Part shown: one piece after another, positions 36,512 to 50,400 of the stretch
Layout: the number at the start of each line of letters is the position of its first letter
Position numbering within the stretch: position 1 is the first letter of the stretch
Assembly (NCBI RefSeq): GCF_947568905.1
Contig: NC_079167.1
Location: 13,826,001-13,890,000, forward strand
Origin: Ostrea edulis
Lineage: Eukaryota
Reading direction: 5' to 3'
Length of the DNA stretch: 64,000 bases
The notes under the pieces: model-generated
What the model was told of the DNA's origin: nothing
Seen by the model: only the letters and a program-made list of their open reading frames with translations
Database searches by the model: none
Position numbers and translations under genes: made by a program

Positions 36512-36565
36512 GATAAATCTCCGATATAATCTTCTAGAGTGCTCGACGTGGCCTCACGGAGCTAC

Positions 36566-36945
36566 ATAAATTGACGATCAGATGGAGTTCAATCACATAA
36601 CATTTATTTCTCTACAGGCTGTTTCGTGAGGGGATGGTTTCCCCTCACTCGTCGGGAGAAAAATGACATCTAACGAAAAACATCCGCGTGGCTGAGAATA
36701 TGTTACACAGAAACATCAGAACTTGTCAGCACTTGCCGTCATTCCCATAAATTTCTATTTACTCAATCCTGTGTGTAATCATGCTTAGCAACTATCCAGT
36801 ATGTTTCTGTGTAACATATTCTCAGCCACGCGGATGTTTTTCGTTAGATGTCATTTTTCTCCCGACGAGTGAGGGGAAACCATCCCCTCACGAAACAGCC
36901 TGTAGAGAAATAAATGTTATGTGATTGAACTCCATCTGATCGTCA

Positions 36946-36951
<6 letters not shown>
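36566..36951. repeat. 151-bp apparently perfect inverted repeat with an 84-bp spacer (young foldback MITE?)
   Basis: 36566-36716 reads as the reverse complement of 36801-36951. TA borders both ends. Confidence 0.85.
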
Positions 36952-36991
<40 letters not shown>

Positions 36992-39900
36992 CACCTTTGA
37001 AAACGCCTGTACCTAAACAGGAACCTATGATTAATCCTTAAGCTTATCAATAATAGAGATAATTTTTCCAGGAATTCCAATTTGAATATACCATTGAATA
37101 AATCCAGAATCCGGTGGAAGGAAAAAAGTGAAGGGATGGGTTAACATCCCCGCGATAATATTCACAATTTACTATTAGCATACATCCGAATTACTCCACG
37201 CAAAGATGTTGCATTTTCTGAGTAACTGAGAAACGTGTTTTTAGTTGAAATTTTGAAAACGGTCACCTATGAATTCATCCACCTCGATACGATCCGAAAT
37301 ATGAATTGTACACATGTTAAATCTGTTCAATGCGCATGCGTATAGTTACAATAAGTACAATATTATTGGGGTTCAATGAAGGGTTTTTCACTCTAAAACT
37401 ATAAACACCTGTTTTAAAACAATGTTATTCAATGCATTCCATCTATCTGGATTTGTCAATTTGGCCGCCTTGACTAGTAACATCTTATGACAAGAGACAT
37501 CCATTGTTTTGTTTTTGAAATGTCATTAGTATCACGGTATGTTGTCTTAGATACGGGACTGGTACCTCTCCGTCGTGAGGCGCGTGCTAGTCCCGTATCT
37601 AACGTAATAGACCATTTCCATCTTGTATCCCTTGCGAATATTTGAATTTCAAACGAGAATTTTTAATGTTGAATTCTGTTGAAACTGTTTCAGACCAGCG
37701 GTGTGTATGTTCCTTTATATGAAAGGTTTACATCAACATGTTCAGTATTTCATTACACTTTATATTAACGAGTACAAATTCATGTTATCTATATGTTACG
37801 TCTTGGCAGCTCTTCACCTTGGTTCCTCTTTTCATCCACAGATTTTCACGTCAAAGTCCTTCAGAAGAACCACAAAGTGCTTGTAAATGAATTGTGCATT
37901 CGGGGACCCGTCATTGATGATCTTATCGAAAACGAGGCTATTTATCATTCAGATCAGGAAACAATAATGTCATGCGGCCGGCTCCCAGAAAGATCAGATA
38001 AGAAGTCTTTTGATGTGTCTTTCACGTTACGGTGAGGATAATTTCCTAAAGTTCGTAAAGGCGTTAGACACAGAGCGTCCAGATTTGGCCAAAAATCTCC
38101 ACGGCGATTTTGAAAGACAAAAGTCTGAACACTCCGAAGAGAATATAACCTGCATAAAATGCTGTATCTACAATCTAGTTGACATCAAAGATGTTGTTGA
38201 TGATCTGTATTCTAAAGGTCTTGTAGACTACTCATTCCTGGATCGAACTCTCGCAACGCCAGTTCGCAATGCGCGAAGGCAACTTTGGAACGAAGTATTT
38301 CTGAGAATGCGATCTGAAACAGATGATAATCGAAATAAATATTATGAAGCCTTAAAAGATGACATTCTAAAAAAGTACAAAAGTGTTTTCTCTCACTTTC
38401 CTGATTTTGACATCAACGAAAACACAATGAAATGCTTGTGTAAAGGGAAGTCATATGCTGAATCCACTTCTTCAAACCCAGAAAATGATCTTCCTTCATC
38501 AAAATTGCAAAACTCGGCTGAGGTGGAAGAAACTCCGTCCACACCGACCGTTACTCAAGTTCGTCGGCGCCCAAAGCTAAGAAAGAGGCGGAATGTTACA
38601 CCTAAAAGCAGGGTACCAGATCTCCTCCTCGCCAATGTGTTACATAAGTGGTTCAAATCTTTCCACAAGCGACAGAACACATGTAGCACAGATCTTAGTT
38701 TTGGCTTGAGCGAGGATGCGAGGAACAGCCAGATTATTAATGAGGATCCTGCAGTCTTACGCAAACAGCGTATTTTTAGATACAAAGAAGATAGTGGATT
38801 TGCTTCCTGTGAAATGAGCTCCGTAGATGTTGCTGATGAAAAAAAGAATGAAGATTCTGCCATACGGAGAGTTACAGAAGAGAAAGCCTCTGAAAAGTCT
38901 ACATGTACTCATTGATTCACGCCATTAAGCTATACCACACATACTTAAATGCATATGGACCAAAGGCAGCTGCTAATCAACTGTAGGAAGATTTGGACGA
39001 AAAATTATGACAATGACAAGCGTTCCAAATCTTACATTTACCTAATCGCACGCTTTCAACTGTTTGTATCAGAGTAATGACATCAACTTTGAATTTGTAA
39101 TTTACAGTATGTACACTGGAGGAGGGAGTGTTCCATAGGTCCCTAAAGAAAAGCGTTTCTCCAAATTAGTCTTAGTGTGCGATATTTCAAAGGTTTCTTG
39201 TGTTTCTTTGGGTATCATTTTTTTTTTTATCGCATTCAAAGAATTCCTCTGCAAGGTTTTACAGGTTAAAGATGTAACCGTTCTACAGAGACGGAGGGGA
39301 AAATGCAGATCTCGACCTCAGAAAATATGGAAAACTATACAAGGGAATTCGCCATGCCTACCTGGAGGAGTTTGCTTATTTGTTTGTTTTTGCAAGCTTT
39401 ACCGAAGAAAAGTAATTGATAATAATACGTGTTGTTATACGATGTAGACCTAAGGTGGACCTACAACACATTTATATTATCGCCATATGTGAATTTATCT
39501 AAAGAAAATTAAATGTGAATTCATTATCGCTGAATGGTATTTTGAGAAAATTGTCAGTGTGATATACGTTTTGAAATTGAGCCATATATTCATGGTAATT
39601 TCAATACATAGGTTGGTTATGTGTAATTTGTATACCAGCGTCTTGCAAGTGTATAGTGATTGCGTAGAGTTCTATACAATAGTGAAATATGTGCCGCCAT
39701 CTCTATTGTTGATATATTCAAAATGACCTACTGTGTTTAGAGAGCGATGCTTTTATTTCAATCACCCACTCTATGCTGTGTACTTCAGACTGTTGTCGAT
39801 ATTTATTTATTTTAAATAAATAAATACTCTGTTGAATGGGATTGTTACAGCATTAATACTGCCATATTTCACATATACATGTCAACACGATCCCAGTGTG

Positions 39901-41477
39901 ATTGAGTTTTAAGCATATCTACTGATACCGAAAAAAAAATGAAAATGCTTTTAATTTCTGCGATCGTCTAGTGGTATTTCGACGTTTTGTACTCTCTCTT
40001 GAAAACTTCGTCATCTGCATTCTTTGATTTGTTGACATTTCTTATTGATATAGCAATTTCACATTCTAACCCAAATCATTCAAATAGCTCCCTATCCTTA
40101 AACTAATTTGGAAGGAAGATAATGTTTACGTATTTGAGGAACTTACCTGTGTGTCTTTTTGAGAACATGGACATTAATAATAGATTAGCTCGGATAAAAG
40201 TGAAGAGCTGGGTGTGTACTAATACACCTTGTCACACCCCAGTAGTGATCAGCTTAGTTGACATTTGTTTTATACGGTCGTATTTTGGATACGGATTATA
40301 TCACTACGGATATAGCTATCGATAAGCATCAATTTAATAGAATTGCATTTTAATAGAAAACACTATAATCTGAAATTGACCAACAATATATAGTTAGAAT
40401 ACTCTCCAAATAACATTTGTATAATTCAGCTCATTTTGTAATCAATGCTTTCAATTTTCAATCAATTCTAGTGAAGATGTCTCCTGTGTTAAATTCTGGG
40501 TTTGATTAGTAAGCCTTCTATAATTCATATTAGATAACTGACAACTTATCAATTGTGTGTGATGAAGAGAGAGAAGGGGGTATCATTGTAAAATAATATA
40601 TTTGTGGGTTTTATTGGCATGATTCCCAGTTTAATTGATAGTTATTCAAGAAATAGATATACGTGAAGGCATGAACTGCAACGCCTTACTTATTTCATGA
40701 AAGGTATGCTGACGAGAAGCGGTGCAGTTCATACTCTCGTGCACTTTTCAAAAATGAATTTCATTTTTTATATTTACATTTTACATTCATTTCTGTGGGA
40801 ATTCTCATTCATTAAAATGATCAAGATTCATGCGCACATTGTTCACATTCATGAGGAAATGGCTATCATTTCAATTGGTAAAGACGTCGAAGTAAATATA
40901 TCAATAATAAGCTGTTTTATTGGCTTTGCAAGTGTAATGTTATCATAAACAAAATTATCAAACATATATTTCTTTGTTTGATAAAATCAATTTTATTTTA
41001 CGTACGACTTATTCTGACAGAAAAATGATAAGATAATTACCATTTTCAATTCGTAAACAAAATATTTTGGTTTTATTTGTTAAGGTTTTAATTGTGTCAC
41101 ACGTGATGAGGGCTTTGCAGCCCTCGATGACACACCATTATCCAAACTAAAGATAACGAGTCGCGGTCTTAAGGCAGGACTGGCTGTAGAAAGCTGCTGT
41201 CTTATCGGGTCTTCAGCACTTTCGAAACAGAAACAGAAGTCTTAGATATTGCGGATAGCTAAACTCATTGTTTAAAAGAATTTAAGCGGGTTTGGTTCAT
41301 TATTTACATTTGTTTATGCCGTATAAGGGGTGGCATTGATAAAGTTCGTGTCTGAATCGCTAGGCGGATGCCGCCTCCCCATGAACAGTCAGACCTTACC
41401 TTAGTTAGAATCAGTTTACTGGGGATTATATATATTACAAACTGACATCATTAGAACTTTATTTGTTTGTGAAGAAT

Positions 41478-44400
41478 ATGGATATCAGAGCGAACATTTT
41501 TACAGTCCTGTTTATTTGTATTTTTGCCTCTTTTTCCAGACAGGTAAGATTATAATCTTACGAATATTTATTTATGAATTTTTGAATTATCATAGGAAGT
41601 ATCAAATAGTTAATTAAAAATTTCACTCAAATAAATTCTGAAAGTAATTCTTTGAAATTTAAATCCTTTTAGTAATATTATTTCAAGAAAATTCTAGTAA
41701 GTTTCTAAATGGTAAAAATGATCGTAATGAATTTTTTAAGATTGATACACCAAAACTATCGCGCTGCATCTACATGCAATAAAAATAAGTTCCGATAGAC
41801 ATTTCAGTTTTTAAAAGAAGACGAAATAATTATATTTTTGTGTGGATACAGGGGCATGTCTTTGTTGAAAGAACACGTTATGTAAACAAAACGGCATCTA
41901 TAGACATGCCAAATCTTGGCTGCAGTCACCATACATGTACATAATGTACCATGATTAAGGCTGATAAAATTCTCATGGGTTTAATCAGAGTCTATGTAGC
42001 CCTGAACTTTTATATTTTCGTGTTTTTAATGTTTTATGCAAATAAATGTAATATTCATTAATTTAGTTTAACACACATACACAAACAAATAACAGTATAT
42101 TGAAAGAAAATAAATACACAATGTACCTTTTAAAGATTATTTAAAACTCATTAATCAAATCAAGAAAACAAACTCAAATCATATTGTAATCTAATTTCGT
42201 GAATTCCTCTTGTTAAGTATGCTGTCGATATATAACAGTTAAACCTTTATTTTGGGGTCTATTTAGCGAGTTGTTGACTTTATTTTCTGTCTGAGTATCT
42301 TTGTCAACTGTGCTGCAAATCTGAATATAAAAACGACATTCCATTTAACCAAGATCCTATATGCAAAATGAATTATTTTTGTGGAATATAAACGACTTGT
42401 AGAAATTTTAAATCATCGTGGTTAAAAAACAGACAAACAAAATTAAGCTGAACCTTCCGTGGTTTTTTGTGATTCAGTTTCTGATTTACATGTCTTACAG
42501 GCGAGTCCTCGAGCGACATTGTTTATTAATCTGAAGGAATACAACAACACTAATAGTGAACTGTACAATGGAGACTGCTGTGATGGACCGGCCGCGTCAG
42601 ATAAGTGCAGCTCAGACCGATGTGATTACGTCATCAATATTTGTGTATTTGCCGTTGATAAGGAGTGAGTACACTTTATCAATACCAACAGCTCTAACTA
42701 CAAATTCAGGTTAGGTTGTACAACTGTTCTGGTTTATATTAATTACTGGTGACAATTTACATTAATAAAAAAGTTGGCATTAAAAGCATTTGAGAAAAAA
42801 AAATCATAAGGGTTTCACATCTGATTTAGGAAGTTTCTCTACAAACCGATAATTGAGAAGACGATACGAAAATAATTAGGCAATGAACAATATGCCAATT
42901 ATGACAAAATCTTCACACAGCAGTAATTAAGGAATTTAATATCACGATCCACTTATATAATATTCACGCTCCAACACTACCAGGAAGTAGGAACAAACAA
43001 GGTGATGTAATAAACCAAAAATGGTGTTATTAGAAGCATGTACAGAGATTGCCCTTGTTATTAGAAGCATGTACAGAGAATGCCGTTGTTTATGTCGCAT
43101 GGTTTTCACGGAACACACAGTTTATGTGTAATCTGGTAGAATTTGTTTTTCTTATATGAATCACTGCCTTGAAATCATTGTTTGGGCAAAACAGAACGAG
43201 GAAATGCTGTGTGTTCTAGTATTACCATATCAACTCATGAGGTAACGTACCAAAGGAAGAAAACAGCGGGACAGGTACATGTCTGCAGACAAAAACCGAT
43301 AACATAAACGTGAAAAAAAATCCAAACACTAGCACCGCTCATCTCATATTCATTCCCGAATTACTAAAGGAATGAATGTGTAAACAATGAAAGCATGTAC
43401 TTAATTTGTATCAGATTTACCTTTGCTTCCATAGTCGATATATACACATGTATATATCCATACTACACTGTACAAGCAACCTAGATGTTCATTCCTTCAA
43501 TCTACATTTTGTGTTATTTATAGACTTTTAGGGTATCTGATAAATGATTAACCCAAAAAAGTCTTCATCAACGAAAATTAAGATATCAAAAACCCTTGTT
43601 TTTCAACATACAAAATGATTCATCAGGAAATTTTTGAAAAACGATCACGTACTTTTATGAGGTATTACCTAATTGATTTAACATTGGAAACCTATGGGAA
43701 ATACATGTGTTTGACATGCAAAAAAAGAAACAAAGATCAATTTCGCGAAAAGGCTCTTGGTAAAAAGCTGTATAATAATAATAATAATACCAAATTTATA
43801 TAGCACTCTTTTCATACACTATGTACGCTCAAAGGTGCTTTACAATGCATATATACCTTACAACAGAATGTTATACACATAATACATAGAAAATAAATAA
43901 AACATTAAAAGCTGTACCTATCCTCATTGTACATATAAAACATGAAAACACAAGATACCATAAATATGCTAGATAAGAATAAACATCAGTTTCAGGGCGT
44001 ATTAAAATAATAATAATAATGAAATACACACACGCACACACAGCATATAATGTCTCAGGTATAATACATTAAAACATACAATTCTTCTTCTTTTTTTAAA
44101 CGTCTGTGTATCATAATCTAAAAAGAAAATTATGGTTCATTTGGCAAAATTAGTGATATCATGAATTCAATTGAAGAGAACAATAATTCAATTATGTCCT
44201 CAATTATTTAAGTTTATGATAATTTGGTACTCCATACTCCAAGTAACTAAGAAAATTCATAGAAAAATATCAATAAATAACAAATATTCTTTTAAAAAAG
44301 AAAATGTTTTGTAAAGGAAACAAAATCATGAAAATTTTACAAAACATCTTATATTCGGTTCACATCACAGACCGCAGTCTTTGCTTTCTTTAATGATTGA

Positions 44401-47400
44401 TGCTCAGAGTCATTTCTCAATTCTACTATGAGAAAAGTAATGAACACAGTCTCTTCTAATCGAATACGTGTGGTGCTAACCAATAGAATATTCTATACAG
44501 GTCTTGGTGCCAGTCCATACAGCTAAATGCCGACCGACCACCGGAGTTCGTCTTCAGTGACGAGGGAACTCAACAACAACCGATAAACACAGACTGGAAG
44601 GTGTGTAATATAAACACGGTCATGTAATTCGCATGCATTTGCACAATAAAACTATACTTAAGATATTAAACGAGCCATATACATTACAATTATACATTAC
44701 ATTTTTAAAAACTCAAATGAGGGATTTCGATCTAGTGAGCACAATTTGCCATGATATGTGATATATACAAAGTATAATACGGGACTTTCGAGATACGGAT
44801 CCACTCTGACTTTTATCGCGCGTTGAACGTAATTTGTAGGGCATGTCACTTCCGGATTACAATAACAACTAAGTAAACAAGCATGGAATACTTCATTTAC
44901 TATCAAATTCCTGCATTTAAATGCTATCTTCGAAAGTAAGGAATCACTACAACCATTTTATAGGAAAATGCATTTGATTAAATTATGTGAGTTGGCGAGG
45001 GAAATAAAAAAGGGAATATCTTGAGGATGTCGGTAAAACTTCACGCCTTGCATCCAATGATACGCATCTAAATACGCCTTTTCCCTTTCATCTAACTTAC
45101 TCCCAGGTATTAAGCACAAATAGTGACTTGGATCGTCATCATAGGACATCGCTATAGCTCTTTACGGGCCGACTGCTAGCGAAACACAATTTGTATCAAT
45201 GTCAACTTTGCCCTACAATTGGTTATTATCACGTGACCGTGGTGTATAAAAGTCAAATATAATCGGTCGTTCCGGCACATCATGAAAGTTCCGTATTACA
45301 TCCTGATTTTTATTTCGCATCAATTGCAACAAATAATCAACTTGTATGATGATTACTGAGGGTAAAATAAAATGGAGATTTCATTTTCTAACATTTAATC
45401 CTCGTTATTACTGCCAATTTTCTATATTAAAAAAATATGCTTGTGTTGTTATCGATAATAAATAACTGATTATGAAAATTCTTCAAACATCAAGAAATGT
45501 CAGAGTTGCATATATGTAGGGGACTGCCCGGGTTGACATCAACATCACTGATATAGATGGTCCTGACAAACAACAACTGGTCGACCAGTTCTCATTCAAT
45601 TACACAGACAAGGGAAGACGGACTCAGAAATTCCAGGAACTGGTTTTAAATGGTTCACGTCAGAGGCCATCAAGGTATCGCTCATAATCTTTTATGCTAC
45701 TTGTATTCATTTGATAAAGGTAAATACGTAACATACATTGATTTAATGAATTACAGGTACAAATTAGTTAGATGCAAAACATTTAAATATGACTTTTGTA
45801 TCTAAACACAAATTCACACTGAGGTTCTTATTTATATTTAAACACGAATTCACACTGAGGTTCTGACTAGTATTTGAACATGAATTCATCCTTATATTTA
45901 AACACGAATTCACACTGAGGTTCTAACATGTATTTGAACACAAATTCACACTGAGGTTCTTACTTGTATATGAACATGAATTCATACTGAGGTTCTAACT
46001 TGTATTTAAACACAAATTCACACTGAAGTTCTTACTTGTATTTGAACATGAATTCATACTGAGGTTCTTACTTGTATTTAAACACGAACTCACACTGAGG
46101 TTGTAACTTGTATCTAAACAGAAATTCACACTGAGGTTCTTGCCTGTATTCAAACATAAATTCTGACATTTCTTAATTTAAATCATCAATTCATTCTGCG
46201 ATACTTACTTGTATTTAAACTTAAAACTAGACCGAAATTATTGCTTGTATCCAAACATGAATTCAAGCTGAAGTTTTTGCATATATTCACACATGAAGTT
46301 AGACTGAGCTTGTATCAAACCTGAATTCAGATTGAAGCTGTCTATGGCAGTGCAGTGTGGGACTTATTACTACGGTGATGAGTGTTCCGTGTTCTGTATT
46401 CCCTCTGTGGATTGTAAGGGCCATTACTCGTGTGATGAGCAGACGGGCACTAAGATCTGTGACCAGGGCTGGGAGGGAACGAACTGCACCAAGCCTAAGG
46501 CCGGGGAAGGAAGCTGTCAAGGTGTGACACAGGGACATTGTGACAAGAAAACGTGACCAGTAAAGCCAATAAAGAAAGGCGAAAAACACGAACGATTTAA
46601 AAATCATCGTATTATAACATCTTGGTTTAGTAATGTTCAATTATATGCAGATGTTATTCCATCTCTTTTTCTTTACGACCAACGTATATATTCATCTTAG
46701 ATGATATTCAGTTTCGAATTTTCCAAAGTGAAAAATAAGAGTAAATGTTATTTTGAATGTGTATTGTAGAGCAGCGCTGTAAGAACGGTGGTACTTGTTC
46801 CATGAACAAGTTCAGTAACTCATCTAATAATGCCTTCTTCTGCTGCTGTCCGCCCGGATTCACTGGAAACGAGTGTGAAATAGACATCAACGAGTGTGAT
46901 CAGACGCCCTGCCAATATGGTGGCGTATGTCACAAAATTCCCGGAAGCTACATCTGTAACTGCCATCCGAGGTATTGATAGACAGACTGTCAAGCTTATA
47001 GTTGAAGTATCTTTTATTCAAAATGTTATGCATGGATAAAGGATTTGAAGAAAAAAACCCACCCAAGAATCAGTATTTTGAAAAATCTTTCCCCCTCTTT
47101 CTAGGAGGAGAGTGGTGAAAATATTAGAAGTTTGTTATATTTATTGTAATGTTGACGTGTATTCAAATGATTATGATTTTATTTGTCAGATATCGCGGAA
47201 TGAATTGTGAAATTCCAACGAAATGTGCTGATAATCCATGTAAAAATGGAAAATGTGAGGATGTGAAAGGAGGCACATTTGTGTGTCAGTGTGGTACATT
47301 TTTTTCGGGTATATTTTGTGAAAGCACAGTAACAACAACACCAAAAACAACCAGTACAAAAACTATAACGACAGATTCAACAACGAGCACAACCACCACG

Positions 47401-50400
47401 ACAACTCCAAAAACCACCACCACAACTCCAACCACCACCACCACCACAACTCCAACAACCACCACCACAACAACTCCAACCACAACAACAACTCCAACGA
47501 CAACCACCACCACCACAACTCCAACAACTACTATAAAAAGATCAACGCCCATGTCTGCTCTGACAACAGAAATATTGCCAACGACAACTTCTCTTCTAAA
47601 AACCACTGCTACTTCAGTGGAAATGACATCATCAATAAGGACTCCATCTGCTGGAGAGGTATCCTATAAATGTTCAGAAAAAAATGCATGCAGAAACAAT
47701 GGTAAATGTATTAATGATGCATGTCAGTGTCCAGTGGGATTCTCGGGAAAGCTTTGTCAGAGGGAAGTAATTGAATGTGAGGCTGACTCATGTTGGAATG
47801 GGGGATATTGTAATGATGCTGTAGGAAATTATTCTTGTGACTGTCCTAGTGGCTTTGTAGGGTTTAAGTGTGAAAAGCATGTTGGAAATACTACATTGTC
47901 ACCATCAACTAGTGCATGTGGGTTTTGTGGTAATGGTTCTTGTTCTATGTTGAATAATGGGACTGTTGTATGCATGTGTAGACCTGGATTTAGTGGGAAG
48001 ACTTGTACCCACTCACAAGATATGTGTCGTCCTTTTTCAGATGCTTTATGTTTTAGAGATAGTGAGTGCATGGTAAAGTCATTTCGCCCACATATGGAAG
48101 TTTGCCCAAATAGCTGGAAAGGTCCACTTTGCAGAAATGGATCCATACCCTTATCTCGAGACGGGGAATGTCCACGAATTGTATGCAAGAACGATGGACA
48201 CTGTTATAATGGGAAATGCTGTTGCAGACCAGGATATAAAGGCGAATTCTGCGAGGAGGAGGTGCTACTTTGTGATAGTAATCCATGTAAAAGTAACACA
48301 ACATGTATCAATCTATTCAATGATTTTATATGCAACTGCCCAGTGGGATTGACTGGTAAATTATGTGAAGTGTCTCTCGTACATCCGACATCTACATCTT
48401 CAACACATCGTGTCCAGCCAGTCTCAACTCAACATATTACGCCTCCTCTACCATCCACAACAACCACCAATTCAGCATCACTAGAAACAAGATCTATCGT
48501 CCTGACAAAAGATATACCCCGGGGAGGAACAACCGAATTATTGACCAAAGCAAAACCTGTATCGAACAAACCCATTACAACAGAGGTAAAAACAACCCAT
48601 TTGATGACCACCCCAACATCACCTATTGTGTCAAGTACTGCAGCAGCATTAGAAACGACAAATAAAATTCCATCAACTGAATCAGCAACTCCAACCACAT
48701 TAACCAAGGCTAGTCCTTTATCAACAGAAGAAATTACACAACGAATGAGCTCGGTGAGGAATAGCTGGGGGTATACACTTTTTAAAAAATTGAATTAAAG
48801 TAATCGATATTTTTAGTTATATGTTCAAATGCCATATGTAGTATATTTTGTTTTTGTTTATTCAATGATTTGTAATATTTTGAAGTAATTAATTAACCTA
48901 AAAGCTCACGGACTTACATGATAACGACGACGCGTTTGAGAAAACCCATTTCTCACAAATTGAAATGTACATTGAGAATGTTCACCCTGACAACATATTA
49001 TTGAATGCTTATTTTTGGGTAGGATGAACAATTTGGGAATTATAATGATAATTACTCGTTTGCTCATACTTTGAACCTCTTAATCTGATTGCTTGTCTTA
49101 AGCCAGCAATATTGTCTTAATGGATCCACAAAACGGAACGGAACCATAAAAACAACGTAAGGCTCTGGTCCAACAAGTGTTGCAGTAACTTACTATTTGC
49201 TCGCTTTATTAGTTGGGTCTGCTTTTTAAATAGAACCTGCATAAATGCATGGTAGAACTAAATGTAATTGCATGTAAATGAATGGTACCTCTACAAATAT
49301 AACAGATTGAATTAATGAGTTTCCTCTATCCACAACAGCAGAATATAACACATATTCAAGCTTTTTATTTCAGAAGCCCATGTTTTCGGTTGGTTTTTCG
49401 AAAGCGTCGCCAGCAAGTACTCTGTCTGTTTCTAAACAGAGATCGTCAACATCGACTTCTGAATCCAGTGACAGAATATCGTCGTCGTCAGCTACCGTAA
49501 CTGCAACGACAGTGCAATCAATCCCTCCTCACAATGGAGGGAACAACTCGGTGACGCTTAGTGGCAAAATTCCAGATAAGGACATTCCAATCGTACAAGA
49601 AGTGATGACAAACGCCGTCAAAAACACTTCGAAAGGTAAAATATGTATTCATTCACATGAATGAATTGTAAATAGAAAGTAAATCCTTTTTGGATCAGGT
49701 CCCTATCTACTGAACATGCGTTTTGTAAAATGTTGTAAAAATAAGTTGTTTTTTTATAGGCGAGAACTGCACGGATATTAATATCTTGGACACGGAATAT
49801 CTTTACAATATTTCTGGGTAAGAGGATATTATTGTAAAGTTTAATAAATATATCCATGTGTTGTATTTTTACAGCTAAAATACGAAAATATCGGTAAATT
49901 AATTTTTTTTTAGGATACTTTGTGAATTAGATTTCTGTATTCGTTGGGGCGCGCTTGATTTGTCTACACCGGTCACAAAGAGTACACTTTCCCGTAATCA
50001 AGTGCAAAGGTGTACACCACCTACACCCTATACATGGCATGTGTTGGTAAATGCACCGAAAACTTAAATATGATTGAAAAAAGGTGAGGCGGAAAATTTG
50101 CCGATTTATCCCTCAGTATGTTAAGTACATAATAGGACAATTCCAGTGTATTGTATGTAGTGATTTACTAGAGTTTAAAATGTATTTTAAAGAATAAATG
50201 TAAACGATGCTATTTCGTACAATCATCAAAAACAACTTGGCGCCAAAATTATTACCAGCATTATTATTTGCACTTTAATTACATTAAAATCGTGAACAAC
50301 ATAAAACAAGAAATCCTCTCCAAAAATCTCTTCAGCCGCTGTTACAGTTCAACGTCCATATTGAATATACACGTACACTGCAACCAACAGCAATTGATTA

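Larger units (their letters stand above)
36116..36990. repeat. Three (TA)n arrays (~36116-36162, 36464-36508, 36949-36990) separating inserted fragments
   Basis: Read directly from the sequence. Confidence 0.9.
29627..38915 (+). pseudogene. Coiled-coil plus tandem death-fold (CARD-like) paralogue 2 with a +1 frameshift (pseudogene allele or assembly error), ~439 aa if repaired
   Basis: Exons 29627-29650 (MDISTHLQ), 30495-30717 (RIYEKLEQIEEHLSRIL..., phase 1) and 37842-38915. CARD-like KVLQKNHKVLVNELCIRGPVIDDLIENEAI...[shift ~37975-37985]...SQKDQIRSLLMCLSRYGEDNFLKFVKAL, then CIKC and VDIKDVVDDLYSKGLV. 1321 nt, one more than a multiple of 3. Confidence 0.72.

Noticed and set aside
38010-38915. 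301-aa ORF as a standalone gene
   Set aside because: It starts mid-CARD. The upstream half of the domain lies in the adjacent frame and links by splicing to exons at 29627 and 30495.
49875-49893. Possible 19-nt alternative microexon with the same 1-to-2 phases as exon 49760-49817
   Set aside because: The 58-nt exon matches the module pattern and has a stronger donor (GTAAG). The microexon encodes no module motif and is probably chance.
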